A stretch of DNA of 64,000 nt from Candidatus Binatia bacterium (GCA_035651755.1 DASRFA010000018.1:32138-96137); one strand, 5' to 3'; positions 1-13,003 are shown, counted from the stretch's first letter. Notes: generated from the sequence alone by a model not told the origin. Made by a program: numbers and translations.

Positions 1-673
1 TCGTCACCTGGCATGCCTGCGCGTGGTCGACGCCGGGCTCGCCGATGTGGTCGAGGATCTTCACGGCGTCTCCGAAGCGCTCGCGCAGCACGACGACGAT
101 CCCGTTCAGCATGCGCTCGAGCTTCTCCTCGTCGAGCGGCGGGCCGAGCGTGTTGATCGCGTCGGCCATGTACTGGAGGTCCGAGTCGTCGAGGTCGGCG
201 AGGTAGACGGTCGCGAGGCGCGCGGCGCCCTCGTCGTCCGTCGCGAGGAGCGCGTAGCACGCCTCCTTCACCTGTGGAGCGACGACGCGGAGCTGAGCGA
301 CCAGGTTTCGCGTGAAGAGCTCGATGCTCCGGTTGTTGCCCGCGGCGAGGTGCTTCCGCACCCCGAGCGCGACGCGCCCGCGAGCGACCGCGAGCACGAC
401 CTCGTCGCGCGCGTTCCAGTATTCCGACTTCGCGACCCCGTCGACGACCTCGTGCAGCAGCGCGGGATCGTGCTCGCGGAGCGCCGCGTAGGCGGGCCGG
501 GCGACGAGGATCTTCTCGACGCGGGCGGCCGGGTCGGTCTCGGGGCGCGGGGTCCCCGGCGTCCCGAGGACTCCATGCGGCGTCGCCTTCGGGGCGCCGA
601 TCGCGGCCGAAGAGAGGGTGACCGCCGCGGTGCAGACCAGGGCCGTGGCGGCGGCTCGGAGGCGTCGGGGCAT
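1..673 (-). CDS. hypothetical secreted protein (N-terminal part only; gene runs off the left edge)
   Basis: Absent from the ORF track because it has no stop inside the window. The reverse-strand ATG at 673 (CAT 671-673) opens MPRRLRAAATALVCTAAVTLSSAAIGAPKATPHG..., a Sec-type signal peptide. The frame stays open to position 1 and third codon positions are strongly G/C, as in neighbouring genes. It lies 33 nt downstream of the metH stop on the same strand. No family recognised. Confidence 0.55.
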   Translation of the reverse strand, partial: MPRRLRAAATALVCTAAVTLSSAAIGAPKATPHGVLGTPGTPRPETDPAARVEKILVARPAYAALREHDPALLHEVVDGVAKSEYWNARDEVVLAVARGRVALGVRKHLAAGNNRSIELFTRNLVAQLRVVAPQVKEACYALLATDDEGAARLATVYLADLDDSDLQYMADAINTLGPPLDEEKLERMLNGIVVVLRERFGDAVKILDHIGEPGVDHAQACQVT

Positions 674-706
674 GAGGACGTCCGTGTCCGTTCGGTCGGC
701 CGCCGA

Positions 707-4399
<3,693 letters not shown>

Positions 4400-4617
4400 G
4401 GCTGCTCCGCGCGGCGCGCGAGGAAACGGGGATTCTAGCCAATCGGCCGCCGCGATGGCAGCGCTTTCGAGTGACATGGAAACGCGCACTGCGCACGCGA
4501 TGGGCAGGACGTGCCGCGGTCGTCGACAGATCGTGCATCATTCGCTAGCAACCGGCGTCCAAGGCCCGAGGGCATGCGCGGCGCGGAGCCGTAGCGGTCC
4601 CGGTCGAGCGAAGTCGC

Positions 4618-5796
4618 ATGTGGGCGGTGCGAAAAGGGTGGACGCGGCGCCGGTTCCTGCGGACCGCCGCGCTCGCGGGCGCGGCGCCGCTGATCGCGCG
4701 TCGCGCCTGGGCGGGTGACGCCGCTCCCGGCGCCGCCAAGCCGGGCGCCGGCCCGGCTCCGGGCCGGCCCTTCGCGATCGGGCACGGCGAGCGGCTCCTC
4801 GTCATCGCGCCGCATCCCGACGACGAGACGATCGGCGCGGCCGGCCTCATCCAGCAGGTCCTCGGGCAGGGCGGGACCGTCCGCGTGCTGCTCCTCACCG
4901 CCGGCGACGGCTACGTCGAGGCGGTCGTGCGCGAGACCGGCGAGCTGCAGCCGCGGCCGGCTCAGTTCATCGCGTACGGGGAGCGCCGCCTGCGCGAGGC
5001 GCGCGCGGCCATGCGCCAGCTCGACCACGATCGCATCCGCCTCCAGATCATGGGCTTCCCCGACGGCGGCCTGAACGACCTCCTCCGCGCCCACTGGCGC
5101 CGCAGCAACCCCGAGCGCTCGCGGACGACCGGCGCCTCCGACCCGCCGTACGACGCCGAGGTGATCGACCCCGACATCCCGTACGACGGCGCCGACCTGC
5201 GGCACGAGCTCGGCAACATCATCCGCGAAGCGCGCCCGACGATCGTCGCGCTTCCGGATCCGCTCGACACCCACCCCGACCATCACGCGGCCGGCGTCTT
5301 CACGCTGCTCGCGACCGCCGACTGGCTGCACGCGTCGGCCGCCGGGAAAGGCGTCGCGCCGAAGCTCCTCGCCTACCTCGTCCACTGGCCCGCCTGGCCG
5401 CCGGGCTGGGATGCGGTCGATCCGGCTCTCGTCGCGGACTCGGCCCTGACGCTGCCCGCCGGACTGTCGGCGCGCGGGCTCGGGCGCGTGAGCGTCGCGC
5501 TCGACGAGCGACAGGTCGCCGCGAAGCGGGCCGCGCTGGCGCGCTACGCGAGCCAGCAGGAGGTGATGGCGTCGTTCCTCGCGGCGTTCGTGCGGCACGA
5601 CGAGCCGTTCACGCAGCTGGGCGCGAGCGACATGGCGTCTGCCGGAAGCCTCGTCGAGGGGCCGGAGGCGCCGCCGCTGCAGAGCCCCGCCGCGGCGCAC
5701 GGCGACGTCCCCGCGGCCGGCGGGTCGACGCCGCCCGCCGGTGCGACGGCGCCGTCCCCGGCGCTCGCGGCCGGGACGGTCGTCGCCGCCCACTGA
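4618..5796 (+). CDS. PIG-L/LmbE-family N-acetylglucosaminyl deacetylase with a Tat signal peptide
   Basis: Contains the hallmark VIAPHPDDETIGAAG motif. The N-terminus TRRRFLRTAALAGAAPLIARRAWA fits a twin-arginine signal (S/T-R-R-x-F-L). Confidence 0.85.
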   Translation: MWAVRKGWTRRRFLRTAALAGAAPLIARRAWAGDAAPGAAKPGAGPAPGRPFAIGHGERLLVIAPHPDDETIGAAGLIQQVLGQGGTVRVLLLTAGDGYVEAVVRETGELQPRPAQFIAYGERRLREARAAMRQLDHDRIRLQIMGFPDGGLNDLLRAHWRRSNPERSRTTGASDPPYDAEVIDPDIPYDGADLRHELGNIIREARPTIVALPDPLDTHPDHHAAGVFTLLATADWLHASAAGKGVAPKLLAYLVHWPAWPPGWDAVDPALVADSALTLPAGLSARGLGRVSVALDERQVAAKRAALARYASQQEVMASFLAAFVRHDEPFTQLGASDMASAGSLVEGPEAPPLQSPAAAHGDVPAAGGSTPPAGATAPSPALAAGTVVAAH

Positions 5797-5902
5797 CGTC
5801 GACGGCTCGCGTCGCGCCGTCGGTCCGTGTCGAATCGGGCTGTTCGGCCGCGCGCGTGCGGAGTATCCTCGGTGCAGGGGGAGCCTGCGACGGTGACGTG
5901 AC

Positions 5903-7129
5903 ATGGCCCCGAAGAGGCTCGCGCCATCGCCCGCGCGCGAGCGCGATCCCGAGCCCGCGCGACGCCGCACCGCGAGCGTCGCACCGCTTTCCGAAGCCAC
6001 CCGCGATCCCGCACCGGTCCCGGCCGCGCCGCGCCGACTGCTCGCTCTCGACGCCTTCCGCGGCGTCGCGATCGCGGCGATGATCCTCGTCAACACGCCG
6101 GGCAGCCCGCGCCATCGCTTTCCCGTGCTGGAGCACGCCGACTGGCACGGGTGGACGCCGGCCGACCTCATCTTCCCGGCGTTCCTCTTCATCGTCGGGG
6201 TCGCGATCACGCTCGCCCTCGGGGGCGCGCGCGACCGCGGCGCGGCGGGCGGCGCGCTGGTCGCGCGCATCGTCCGGCGCGCGGTGCTGCTCTTCTGCGT
6301 CGGTCTCTTCCTGAACGCGTTTCCGACCTTCGACCTCGCGCACCTCCGGGTCCCGGGAGTCCTCCAGCGCATCGCGCTCTGCTTCGCGATCGGGTCGATC
6401 GCCACGCTCTACCTCTCGGCGCGCGCTCAGGCGGCGCTCGCGGCCGGTCTCCTCGTCGTGCACACCGCGGCGCTCTGGCTGGTCCCGCCGCTCCTGGGCA
6501 CGTCGGGCTGGCTCGGGCCCGAGAGCAATCCCGGCGCGATGCTGGACCGCGCGCTCCTCGGCGGCCACCTGCTGCGGACCGGTTGGGATCCCGAAGGGCT
6601 TCTCGGGACGCTGACCGCGTCGGCGACGACGCTCGCCGGCGTGCTCGCGGGCACGTGGTGGACGACGCGGCGCGCGCTCGCCGAGCGCGTCGCCGGGCTC
6701 TTCGCGGCCGGGACGATCGCGGTCGTCGCCGGCCTCGCCTTCGACGCGGCGCTGCCGATCAACAAGAGCCTCTGGACCGCCTCCTTCGTGGTCTTCTCGG
6801 GCGGCGTGTCGCTCCTCGGCCTCGCGCTCTGCGCCTGGTCGATCGACCTCTGCGGCTGGCGGCGCTGGACCGCGCCCTTCGTCGTCTACGGGCGGAACCC
6901 GCTCCTCGCGTACGTCCTGTCGGCGCTCTCCGACAAGGCGCTCCTCTGGTGGACGGTCGTGCGGCCGGACGGGTCGCGCATCTCGGCGAAGGCGCTCGTC
7001 TACCAGAGCGTCTTCCTCCGCATCGCGAGCGGCCCGCGCGCGTCGCTGCTCTACGCGCTCGTCTGGGTGGCGATCTGGCTCGTGCCGCTCGCCGTCCTCC
7101 ATCGCCGCGGTATCCTGCTCCGGCTGTGA
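5903..7129 (+). CDS. polytopic membrane acyltransferase, heparan-alpha-glucosaminide N-acetyltransferase-like (DUF1624/DUF5009 type)
   Basis: The LLALDAFRGVAIAAMILVN motif is followed by about 10 hydrophobic segments. The start is uncertain because the N-terminal 45 aa are low complexity. Confidence 0.7.
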   Translation: MAPKRLAPSPARERDPEPARRRTASVAPLSEATRDPAPVPAAPRRLLALDAFRGVAIAAMILVNTPGSPRHRFPVLEHADWHGWTPADLIFPAFLFIVGVAITLALGGARDRGAAGGALVARIVRRAVLLFCVGLFLNAFPTFDLAHLRVPGVLQRIALCFAIGSIATLYLSARAQAALAAGLLVVHTAALWLVPPLLGTSGWLGPESNPGAMLDRALLGGHLLRTGWDPEGLLGTLTASATTLAGVLAGTWWTTRRALAERVAGLFAAGTIAVVAGLAFDAALPINKSLWTASFVVFSGGVSLLGLALCAWSIDLCGWRRWTAPFVVYGRNPLLAYVLSALSDKALLWWTVVRPDGSRISAKALVYQSVFLRIASGPRASLLYALVWVAIWLVPLAVLHRRGILLRL

Positions 7130-7196
7130 CGGAGGCGCATGCCGCGTCTTGCGGACGCTCGGCGCGTGTGGGAAGCCGCGGGACGAGGAGCGCGCG

Positions 7197-8060
7197 ATGG
7201 CGATCGTCGGAACGGTGAAGGAGATCTGGCGGTTCCCCGTCAAGTCGATGGCGGGCGAGCGCCTGAACGAGGCGAGCGTTTTCGGCGGCGGCATCGTCGG
7301 CGACCGCGGCTGGGCGGCGCGCGACGAGACCGCCGGCGAGATCCGGGGCGCGAAGAAGCTCGCAGGTCTCCTGCAGTGCAGCGCCCGCTATCTCGACGAG
7401 CCGTCGCCGGGACGCGTGCCGGCCGCGGAGATCACGCTGCCGGACGGGTCGCGCGTCCGGAGCGACGACCCCGAAGCCGGCGAGCGCCTGTCGCGCCTCC
7501 TCGGGCGGGAGGTCACTCTGTGGCCGATCCAGCCGGCCGAGAGCCGCGACCACTACCGCCGCGTCCCCGAGCCGGGCGTCGACCTCGAGACCGATCTGCG
7601 CGCGATCTTCGGCCGTCTCCCCGACGAGCCGCTGCCCGACTTCTCCGTCTTCCCGGCCGAGATCTTCGAGCTGACCTCGCCGGCGGGCACGTACTTCGAC
7701 GCGTTCCCGCTCCATGTGCTCACGACCGGGACGCTCCGCTTCCTGGCCGGCCGGAACCCGGACGCGCGCTTCGACGTCCGGCGCTTTCGCCCGAACCTCG
7801 TCGTCGAGACCGAGGGCGACGGCGCGTCGCCGCCCGAAGTCGAATGGGTCGGACGCGAGCTCCGGATCGGCGGCGTGCCCGTGACGGTCGCGGCGCCGTG
7901 CCCGCGCTGCGTGATGACGACGCTCCCGCAGCACGACCTGTCGAAGGACCCGGGCGTCCTCCGGACGATCGTGCGCGACCTCGCCCAGAACGTCGGCGTC
8001 TACGGGGCGGCGCGCGCGGCCGGTCGGATCACCGTCGGCGCGCCGGTCGAGCTCGTGTGA
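7197..8060 (+). CDS. MOSC domain-containing protein
   Basis: Trimmed to MAIVGTVKEIWRFPVKSMAGERL..., a typical MOSC N-terminal beta-barrel, with a conserved Cys in APCPRCVMTT near the C-terminus. Confidence 0.85.
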   Translation: MAIVGTVKEIWRFPVKSMAGERLNEASVFGGGIVGDRGWAARDETAGEIRGAKKLAGLLQCSARYLDEPSPGRVPAAEITLPDGSRVRSDDPEAGERLSRLLGREVTLWPIQPAESRDHYRRVPEPGVDLETDLRAIFGRLPDEPLPDFSVFPAEIFELTSPAGTYFDAFPLHVLTTGTLRFLAGRNPDARFDVRRFRPNLVVETEGDGASPPEVEWVGRELRIGGVPVTVAAPCPRCVMTTLPQHDLSKDPGVLRTIVRDLAQNVGVYGAARAAGRITVGAPVELV

Positions 8061-8073
8061 GCCGGCACCCACA

Positions 8074-8133
8074 GACTCAAGACGCGACCGAAGCGAGCCC
8101 GCGGGCAGTGGGGCGAGGAGAGCGACCTCATCG
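8074..8133. repeat. degenerate copy of the multi-hairpin repeat family (inverted orientation, lacks hairpin 2)
   Basis: GACTCAAGACGCGACCGAAGCGAGCCCGCGGGCAGTGGGGCGAGGAGAGCGACCTCATCG aligns with the copy at 44503-44587, but the central hairpin is missing and hairpin 1 has decayed. It lies between convergent genes. Confidence 0.5.
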
Positions 8134-8143
8134 TTAAATGACC

Positions 8144-9115
8144 TCAGGGCGCCTGGCCCCACGCGCGCCGGAGCGGAAAGCCGGGCAGCGTCACGAACCC
8201 GCTGTCCTCGAAGATCCGGCGGCCGCGCCCCGAGGTGAGGAAGTCGACGAAGCGCAGCGCGACCGCGGGATGCGGCGCGGGCGCGAGCGGCACCGCGGCG
8301 ACGACGAGCGGCGCTCCGCGCTGCAGGTTGCCGTGGACCTCGAGCGACGCCTCGTCGTACACGCCGCGCCGGCCGGGATCGGAGAGGTTGATCTCGACCG
8401 GGAGGTCGAGGAGCGACAGGCCGGCTTCGACCGCCTGGCTGCGATAGAGGAGAGCCGCGTCGAGAGCGCCGCGCTGCAGGCGCGGGACGAGATCGGTCGC
8501 GGGCACGATCTGATCGGGACGGAGCAGCTGGGCGGCGAGGTCCCCGCTCTCGTAGTAGCGGCGGGCGAGCTGCAGCACGAAGATCGCGCGCATGCCGAGC
8601 GGGTGGAGATCGGGATCGAGCCGGCCGAACCGCACGCCGCCCGCGCGCAGGGCGTCGAACCACGGCATGCCCGACGCGATCGCCTTCGCGTAGGTCGAGT
8701 CGCCGCGGTACGCGACGACCATCGCGTCGGCGGCGAAGACGACGTAGTACGGCGCCTGGGCCGCGGTCGCCTTCTCCCCGAGGAGCTCCGGGTCGGTGAC
8801 GATCGCGACGTCGGCGGGCGCGCCGGACGCCGTCGTGAGACGCATCTCCGCGAGCGACGCCTGCGGCTGGCCGTCGAAGCGAACGCCGGTCGCGCGCGTG
8901 AACTCGGGCCCGATGCGATCGGACATGAGGTGGGCGAAGCTCGGGCCGTAGAGCACGGAGACGGACTCGGCGCCGGAAGCGCGTGCGCTCGCCATCGCCT
9001 CGGGCGTCGGAGCGCCCGCGGGCTCGCGGTCTTCGGCGCGGGCGAGCGAGGCGAGCGCGCCGGCGAGGACCATCGCGCCGAGCGCGATCGCGACGAAGGC
9101 GCGAGCGGCGCCCAC
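8144..9115 (-). CDS. periplasmic solute-binding protein (molybdate/tungstate/sulfate-type SBP fold), orphan
   Basis: Only the C-terminal third of ORF 8144..10168 looks like protein. A GTG at 9115 gives (M)GAARAFVAIALGAMVLAGALASLARA, a signal peptide; the alternative ATG is at 9073. The body (VSVLYGPSF...VAIVTDPELL...LLYRSQAVEAGL) resembles ModA/WtpA-like binding proteins. No permease or ATPase gene is nearby. Confidence 0.7.
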   Translation of the reverse strand: MGAARAFVAIALGAMVLAGALASLARAEDREPAGAPTPEAMASARASGAESVSVLYGPSFAHLMSDRIGPEFTRATGVRFDGQPQASLAEMRLTTASGAPADVAIVTDPELLGEKATAAQAPYYVVFAADAMVVAYRGDSTYAKAIASGMPWFDALRAGGVRFGRLDPDLHPLGMRAIFVLQLARRYYESGDLAAQLLRPDQIVPATDLVPRLQRGALDAALLYRSQAVEAGLSLLDLPVEINLSDPGRRGVYDEASLEVHGNLQRGAPLVVAAVPLAPAPHPAVALRFVDFLTSGRGRRIFEDSGFVTLPGFPLRRAWGQAP

Positions 9116-9196
9116 CGCTGCCCGCGCGCGCCCGCGCGCGTCGGCTCGGCCGCGCCGGGCGGTGGCGCGGCGCTCCGGTTCCGGGTAGTCCCGGTC

Positions 9197-9757
9197 ATGG
9201 CGTCCACCCGCCCGGCGGCGATCGAGCGCGTCTCGGACCGCTCGTTCTTCGCGTTCAACGCGCTCGTGTCCGCCGCCGCGCTCGCCTTCATCGGCTACAT
9301 CCTGGTGCTGCGCGAGACGGGGACGGCGGCCGGCGCGGTCGATCTCCGGTTCCTGCCGGCGGTGAACGCGGCGCTGAACGCGACCTCCGCGGTCCTGCTC
9401 CTCGCGGGCTGGGTCGCGATCCGACGGCGTGCGATCCGCGTCCACAAGCGGCTCATGGTCGCGGCGTTCGCGACCTCGGCCGTGTTCCTCGTCTCGTACC
9501 TCGTCTACCACTGGGTCCACGGCGACACGAAGTTCGCCGGCGTCGGCTGGGTCAGGCCGGTCTACTTCGCGATCTTGATCAGCCACGTCGTCCTCTCGAT
9601 GTCGGTCGTCCCGATGGCGCTCACCGCGTTCTACTTCGCGTGGCGGCGCGAGTTCCAGCGCCACCGGCGCTTGACGCGGATCGCGCTTCCGATATGGCTC
9701 TACGTCTCGGTGACGGGGGTCGTGATCTACCTCATGCTGAGCGGCGCGGCGGGATGA
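9197..9757 (+). CDS. DUF420-family membrane protein
   Basis: C-terminal part of ORF 8138..9757, starting at ATG 9197. It has four hydrophobic helices and a YLVYHWVHGDTKF motif typical of DUF420. Confidence 0.7.
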   Translation: MASTRPAAIERVSDRSFFAFNALVSAAALAFIGYILVLRETGTAAGAVDLRFLPAVNAALNATSAVLLLAGWVAIRRRAIRVHKRLMVAAFATSAVFLVSYLVYHWVHGDTKFAGVGWVRPVYFAILISHVVLSMSVVPMALTAFYFAWRREFQRHRRLTRIALPIWLYVSVTGVVIYLMLSGAAG

Positions 9758-10194
9758 CGCGCTCGGTCCTCCGCCACCGCGTGCCGTTCTACGAGACCGA
9801 CGCGATGGCGATCGTCCACCACGCGAACTACGTGCGCTACCTCGAGCTCGCGCGCATCGCCTGGATGGACGAGCACGACCGGCCGTACCGCGAGTACGTG
9901 GCCCAGGGCCTCCACTTCTCGACGACGCGCGTCGAGCTCGACTACCTGCGGGCCGCCGCCTTCGACGACGTGCTCGAGATCGCGACCTGGCTCGAGTGGG
10001 TGCGCGGCGCGTCGCTCGCGATGGCGTACGACATCCGGCGCGGCGACGATCGCATCGCGGCCGCGCGCACGGAGCACGCGATGGTCGACGACGCCGGCCG
10101 CCCGCGGCGCATCCCGGCCGAGCGCCGCGACAACCTCGTCCGGCTCGCCGCCGTCGACAGCCCGCCACCGCGCGCCGCGCGCGCGGCGCGCTGA
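9754..10194 (+). CDS. YbgC/FadM-type acyl-CoA thioesterase (4HBT hotdog)
   Basis: MTRSVLRHRVPFYETDAMAIVHHANYVRYLE... The ATG at 9754 overlaps the upstream TGA stop (ATGA). Confidence 0.85.
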   Translation: MTRSVLRHRVPFYETDAMAIVHHANYVRYLELARIAWMDEHDRPYREYVAQGLHFSTTRVELDYLRAAAFDDVLEIATWLEWVRGASLAMAYDIRRGDDRIAAARTEHAMVDDAGRPRRIPAERRDNLVRLAAVDSPPPRAARAAR

Positions 10195-10219
10195 CGACCG
10201 CTCGCGGACCCGGCTGCGA

Positions 10220-11518
10220 TCAGCGCGCCTTGCCGCTCCCGGCCGAGGGCGGCGTGCGCGGGACGAGATAGAAGATGCGCCAGCCCGGCGGCCACGTCCG
10301 GAGCGATCGCGCCGGGTCGGCTCGCCAGAGCGCGACCTCGTCGCGCCAGCGCGGCCAGTCCGGCCGCCAGCGCGTCGACTCGCGAAAGCGCGCCGCACCG
10401 GTCGCGATCCCGATCGCGACCAGGACGGCGCACGCGACGTTGCGGGCGGACGGACGCCGTCCGCGCGAGAGGTCCGCATTCGCGAGGAGAAGAAAGAGCA
10501 GCATCGTTCCCGGCGCGTAGAAGTAGCGTGACGAGTAGCCGGCGTGGCCGAGGAAGCTCCGCTGCGGGCCGGACGCGAGGAGGGCGACGATCGCGGTCAT
10601 CGTCGCGTAGCCGCCGGCGAGCGCGATGCGCTGGCGGGCGTCGAGCGGCCGCGCGAGCCATGCCAGCGCGGCGACGGCGGCCGCGAGGAGCGCGATCCCG
10701 GCCGCGACGGCGCGTGGACCGGCGACGTCGTCCCCGGTCCACGCGACGAACGCGCGCGCGAAGCCGGTCGCCGCGTCCGCGCCGGCGGTCGGGAGGACGA
10801 TCGTCCGCATCCACACGATCGCGGCGAGCGTCGCGACGCTGGCGCCGCTGCCGCGCCGGCCGACGTACCGGCCGCCGTGCGTCGCGGCGACGGTCGCGAT
10901 CTGCACGAGCAGGCAGGCGCACGCGATCGCGGCCAGCACGCGCGCGGCGCGCGAGCGCGCAAGCCACGCTTTCAGCGCGAACAGCGGCGCGAGGCCGGCG
11001 GCGACGGGCCCGCTCAGGCCGGCGAGCGCGAGCAGGCACGCGTAGGTGCGGAGGCGCGCGCGTCCGAGGTCGGCCGGCTCGAGCAGGATCAGGGCCGCCA
11101 GCACGGCGAACCAGCACTGGCTGTTGATCGTGTTGAGCCAGATCTCGTCGCTCAGCGACGCGAACAGCAGGATCGCGATCGCGACCGCCTGCCGGGCCGG
11201 GCGGCGCCATTCCGGCGCCGCGCCGAAGGCGACGATCGCGACCGGCGCCATCTGCGCAGCGAAGGCGAAGAGCGTCGTGACCGCGGGTGCGGCTTCGAGC
11301 GGCACGAGGCGCGCGGCGGCGAGCGCCGCGACGTTGGTGAAGAAGAGGAAGTAGCCCGCCGGCGCGATGAAGAGGACGCGGTACCAGGGCTCGTGCCAGG
11401 CGCGGAAGAAATAGGCCATGCCTTCCTCGCCGAAGAAGCCGGGCTCGAGGACGTAGGCCGGCTGTCGGAGCACGGTGACGGCCATCGCGGCGACGACGAG
11501 GAGCGCGCCCCGCGCCAC
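10220..11518 (-). CDS. hypothetical polytopic membrane protein
   Basis: Only the C-terminal 430 aa of ORF 10220..13009 are protein-like, with at least 9 hydrophobic segments. The start is GTG 11518 or ATG 11485, just after the stop of the upstream permease. Family not recognised. Confidence 0.55.
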   Translation of the reverse strand: MARGALLVVAAMAVTVLRQPAYVLEPGFFGEEGMAYFFRAWHEPWYRVLFIAPAGYFLFFTNVAALAAARLVPLEAAPAVTTLFAFAAQMAPVAIVAFGAAPEWRRPARQAVAIAILLFASLSDEIWLNTINSQCWFAVLAALILLEPADLGRARLRTYACLLALAGLSGPVAAGLAPLFALKAWLARSRAARVLAAIACACLLVQIATVAATHGGRYVGRRGSGASVATLAAIVWMRTIVLPTAGADAATGFARAFVAWTGDDVAGPRAVAAGIALLAAAVAALAWLARPLDARQRIALAGGYATMTAIVALLASGPQRSFLGHAGYSSRYFYAPGTMLLFLLLANADLSRGRRPSARNVACAVLVAIGIATGAARFRESTRWRPDWPRWRDEVALWRADPARSLRTWPPGWRIFYLVPRTPPSAGSGKAR

Positions 11519-11532
11519 CGTCCGATCGCCGG

Positions 11533-12969
11533 CTAGGCGCGGCGTCCGGCGAACCACGCGTAGAACGGCAGGCCGGTCGCCGTGACGGCGAGGCCGATCG
11601 CGCACTCGAGCGGCCGGCCCCGCAGCATCGCGAGCGCGATCGCGGCGTTCGTGACGAGATAGAGCGCCGGCACCCACGGATATCCCCACGCGCGGTAGGG
11701 CCGACGGCGCTTCGGCTGGCGGCGGCGGAGCGCGTAGAGCGCCGCGGTGTCGGCGATGGTCGCGAGCACGATCGCGAACGTCGTGTAGTCGAGGACGCTC
11801 GGGAAGCGCTGCAGGACGACGACGATCGCCGCCGCGGTCGCCGCCTGCGAGACGATCGCGACGTACGGCGTCCGGTTCGCGTGGTGAACTCGGTCCGAAC
11901 CCTGGAAGAAGAGGCCGTCGAGGGCCATCGCGTAGGCGATGCGCGGGCCGACCAGGATCGTCGCGTTCAGGCAGCCGAGGATCGAGGCCAGGATGAGACC
12001 CGCCGCGATCGAGCCGCCGACCGGGCCGAAGAGCGCGCGCGCCGCCGCTTCGCCGGCGCGCGGCTCGCCGGCGAGCGCCGGCATCGAGAGCGCGTAGAGG
12101 TAGAGCCCGTTCATCGCGAGGTAGAGCACGGTGCAGAGGCCGAGGCCGATGAAGAGCGACGCCGGCAGGTTCCGGTCGGGCTCGCGGATCTCGCTCGCCA
12201 CGTACACCGACGCGTTCCAACCGAGGTAGCTGAAGAGCACCGGCGACAGCGCGAGCCCGAGGCCGCCCAGCATCGCGGGCGTCACCGGGGCGGCGCTCTC
12301 GAAGTTCGCGAGGCTGCCGCGTCCGATGAGCGGGCCGAGCACCGCGAACCCGATCAGGGTCGCGACCTTCACGATCGCGGTCGCGTTGTTGAAGGTCGCG
12401 CCGGCGCGGAGGCCGACGTAGTTCACCCAGGAGGTGAGCGCGATGACCGCCAGCGCGACGAGCACGCGGCCGCCGGCCTCGACGGGCACGAAAGCGGCGA
12501 GGGCGTCCGCGAAGCCGACGGCGAGAGTCGCGACCGTGCCGGCGTAGATCACGAAGAACGAGAGCCAGCCGACCAGGAAGCCCGCGATCGGGTGGAAGCC
12601 CTCGCGCAGGTAGACGTAGTCGCCGCCGGCGTGCGGGAACATCGCGCCGAGCTCGGCGTTGGCGAGGGCGCCCGCCAGCGAGAGGGCGCCCCCTGCGAGC
12701 CATGCAAAGAGGAAGAGCGTAGGGTGGGGGAGCACCCCCGCGACGGTCCCGGGCGTGAGGAAGATGCCGACCCCGATCACCGACGACACGACGAGCAGCG
12801 TCGCATCCCCGCGCGAGAGCTCGCGCCGCAGGCGATCGCGCGGGTGGCGATCGTCGGTCGGGCTTCCGTCGGTCGCGGCCCGGTCCACCTGCGGATCCTC
12901 TCGCACGACGGTCGTAGCGACGGCGGTGCGGCGCTTCAATGTGCGCCGCGCCGCGCTCGGTATTGACAT
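11533..12969 (-). CDS. APC-superfamily amino acid permease
   Basis: Trimmed to ATG 12969 (MSIPSAARR...). Typical APC signatures are present: SSVIGVGIFLTPG and ELGAMFPHAGGDYVYLREGF. Confidence 0.85.
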   Translation of the reverse strand: MSIPSAARRTLKRRTAVATTVVREDPQVDRAATDGSPTDDRHPRDRLRRELSRGDATLLVVSSVIGVGIFLTPGTVAGVLPHPTLFLFAWLAGGALSLAGALANAELGAMFPHAGGDYVYLREGFHPIAGFLVGWLSFFVIYAGTVATLAVGFADALAAFVPVEAGGRVLVALAVIALTSWVNYVGLRAGATFNNATAIVKVATLIGFAVLGPLIGRGSLANFESAAPVTPAMLGGLGLALSPVLFSYLGWNASVYVASEIREPDRNLPASLFIGLGLCTVLYLAMNGLYLYALSMPALAGEPRAGEAAARALFGPVGGSIAAGLILASILGCLNATILVGPRIAYAMALDGLFFQGSDRVHHANRTPYVAIVSQAATAAAIVVVLQRFPSVLDYTTFAIVLATIADTAALYALRRRQPKRRRPYRAWGYPWVPALYLVTNAAIALAMLRGRPLECAIGLAVTATGLPFYAWFAGRRA

Positions 12970-12975
12970 GTCGCC

Positions 12976-12993
12976 GTAGTTGGTACCAACTAC
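12976..12993. promoter_or_regulatory. perfect 18-bp palindrome GTAGTTGGTACCAACTAC, candidate operator of the adjacent Fur-family regulator
   Basis: Exactly self-complementary. It sits in the 34-nt gap between the divergent permease start (12969) and the Fur-family start (13004). A TTGACA hexamer lies at 12963-12968, immediately upstream. Confidence 0.55.
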
Positions 12994-13003
12994 CATTTGG
13001 AAC

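Noticed and set aside
4400-4617. Possible riboswitch (B12, SAM or SAH) in the 218-nt leader upstream of metH
   Set aside because: I read the reverse-strand leader and found no B12-box/GCCACTG element and no SAM-I or SAH consensus segments. Only a short GC palindrome is present. There is no support for a riboswitch call.
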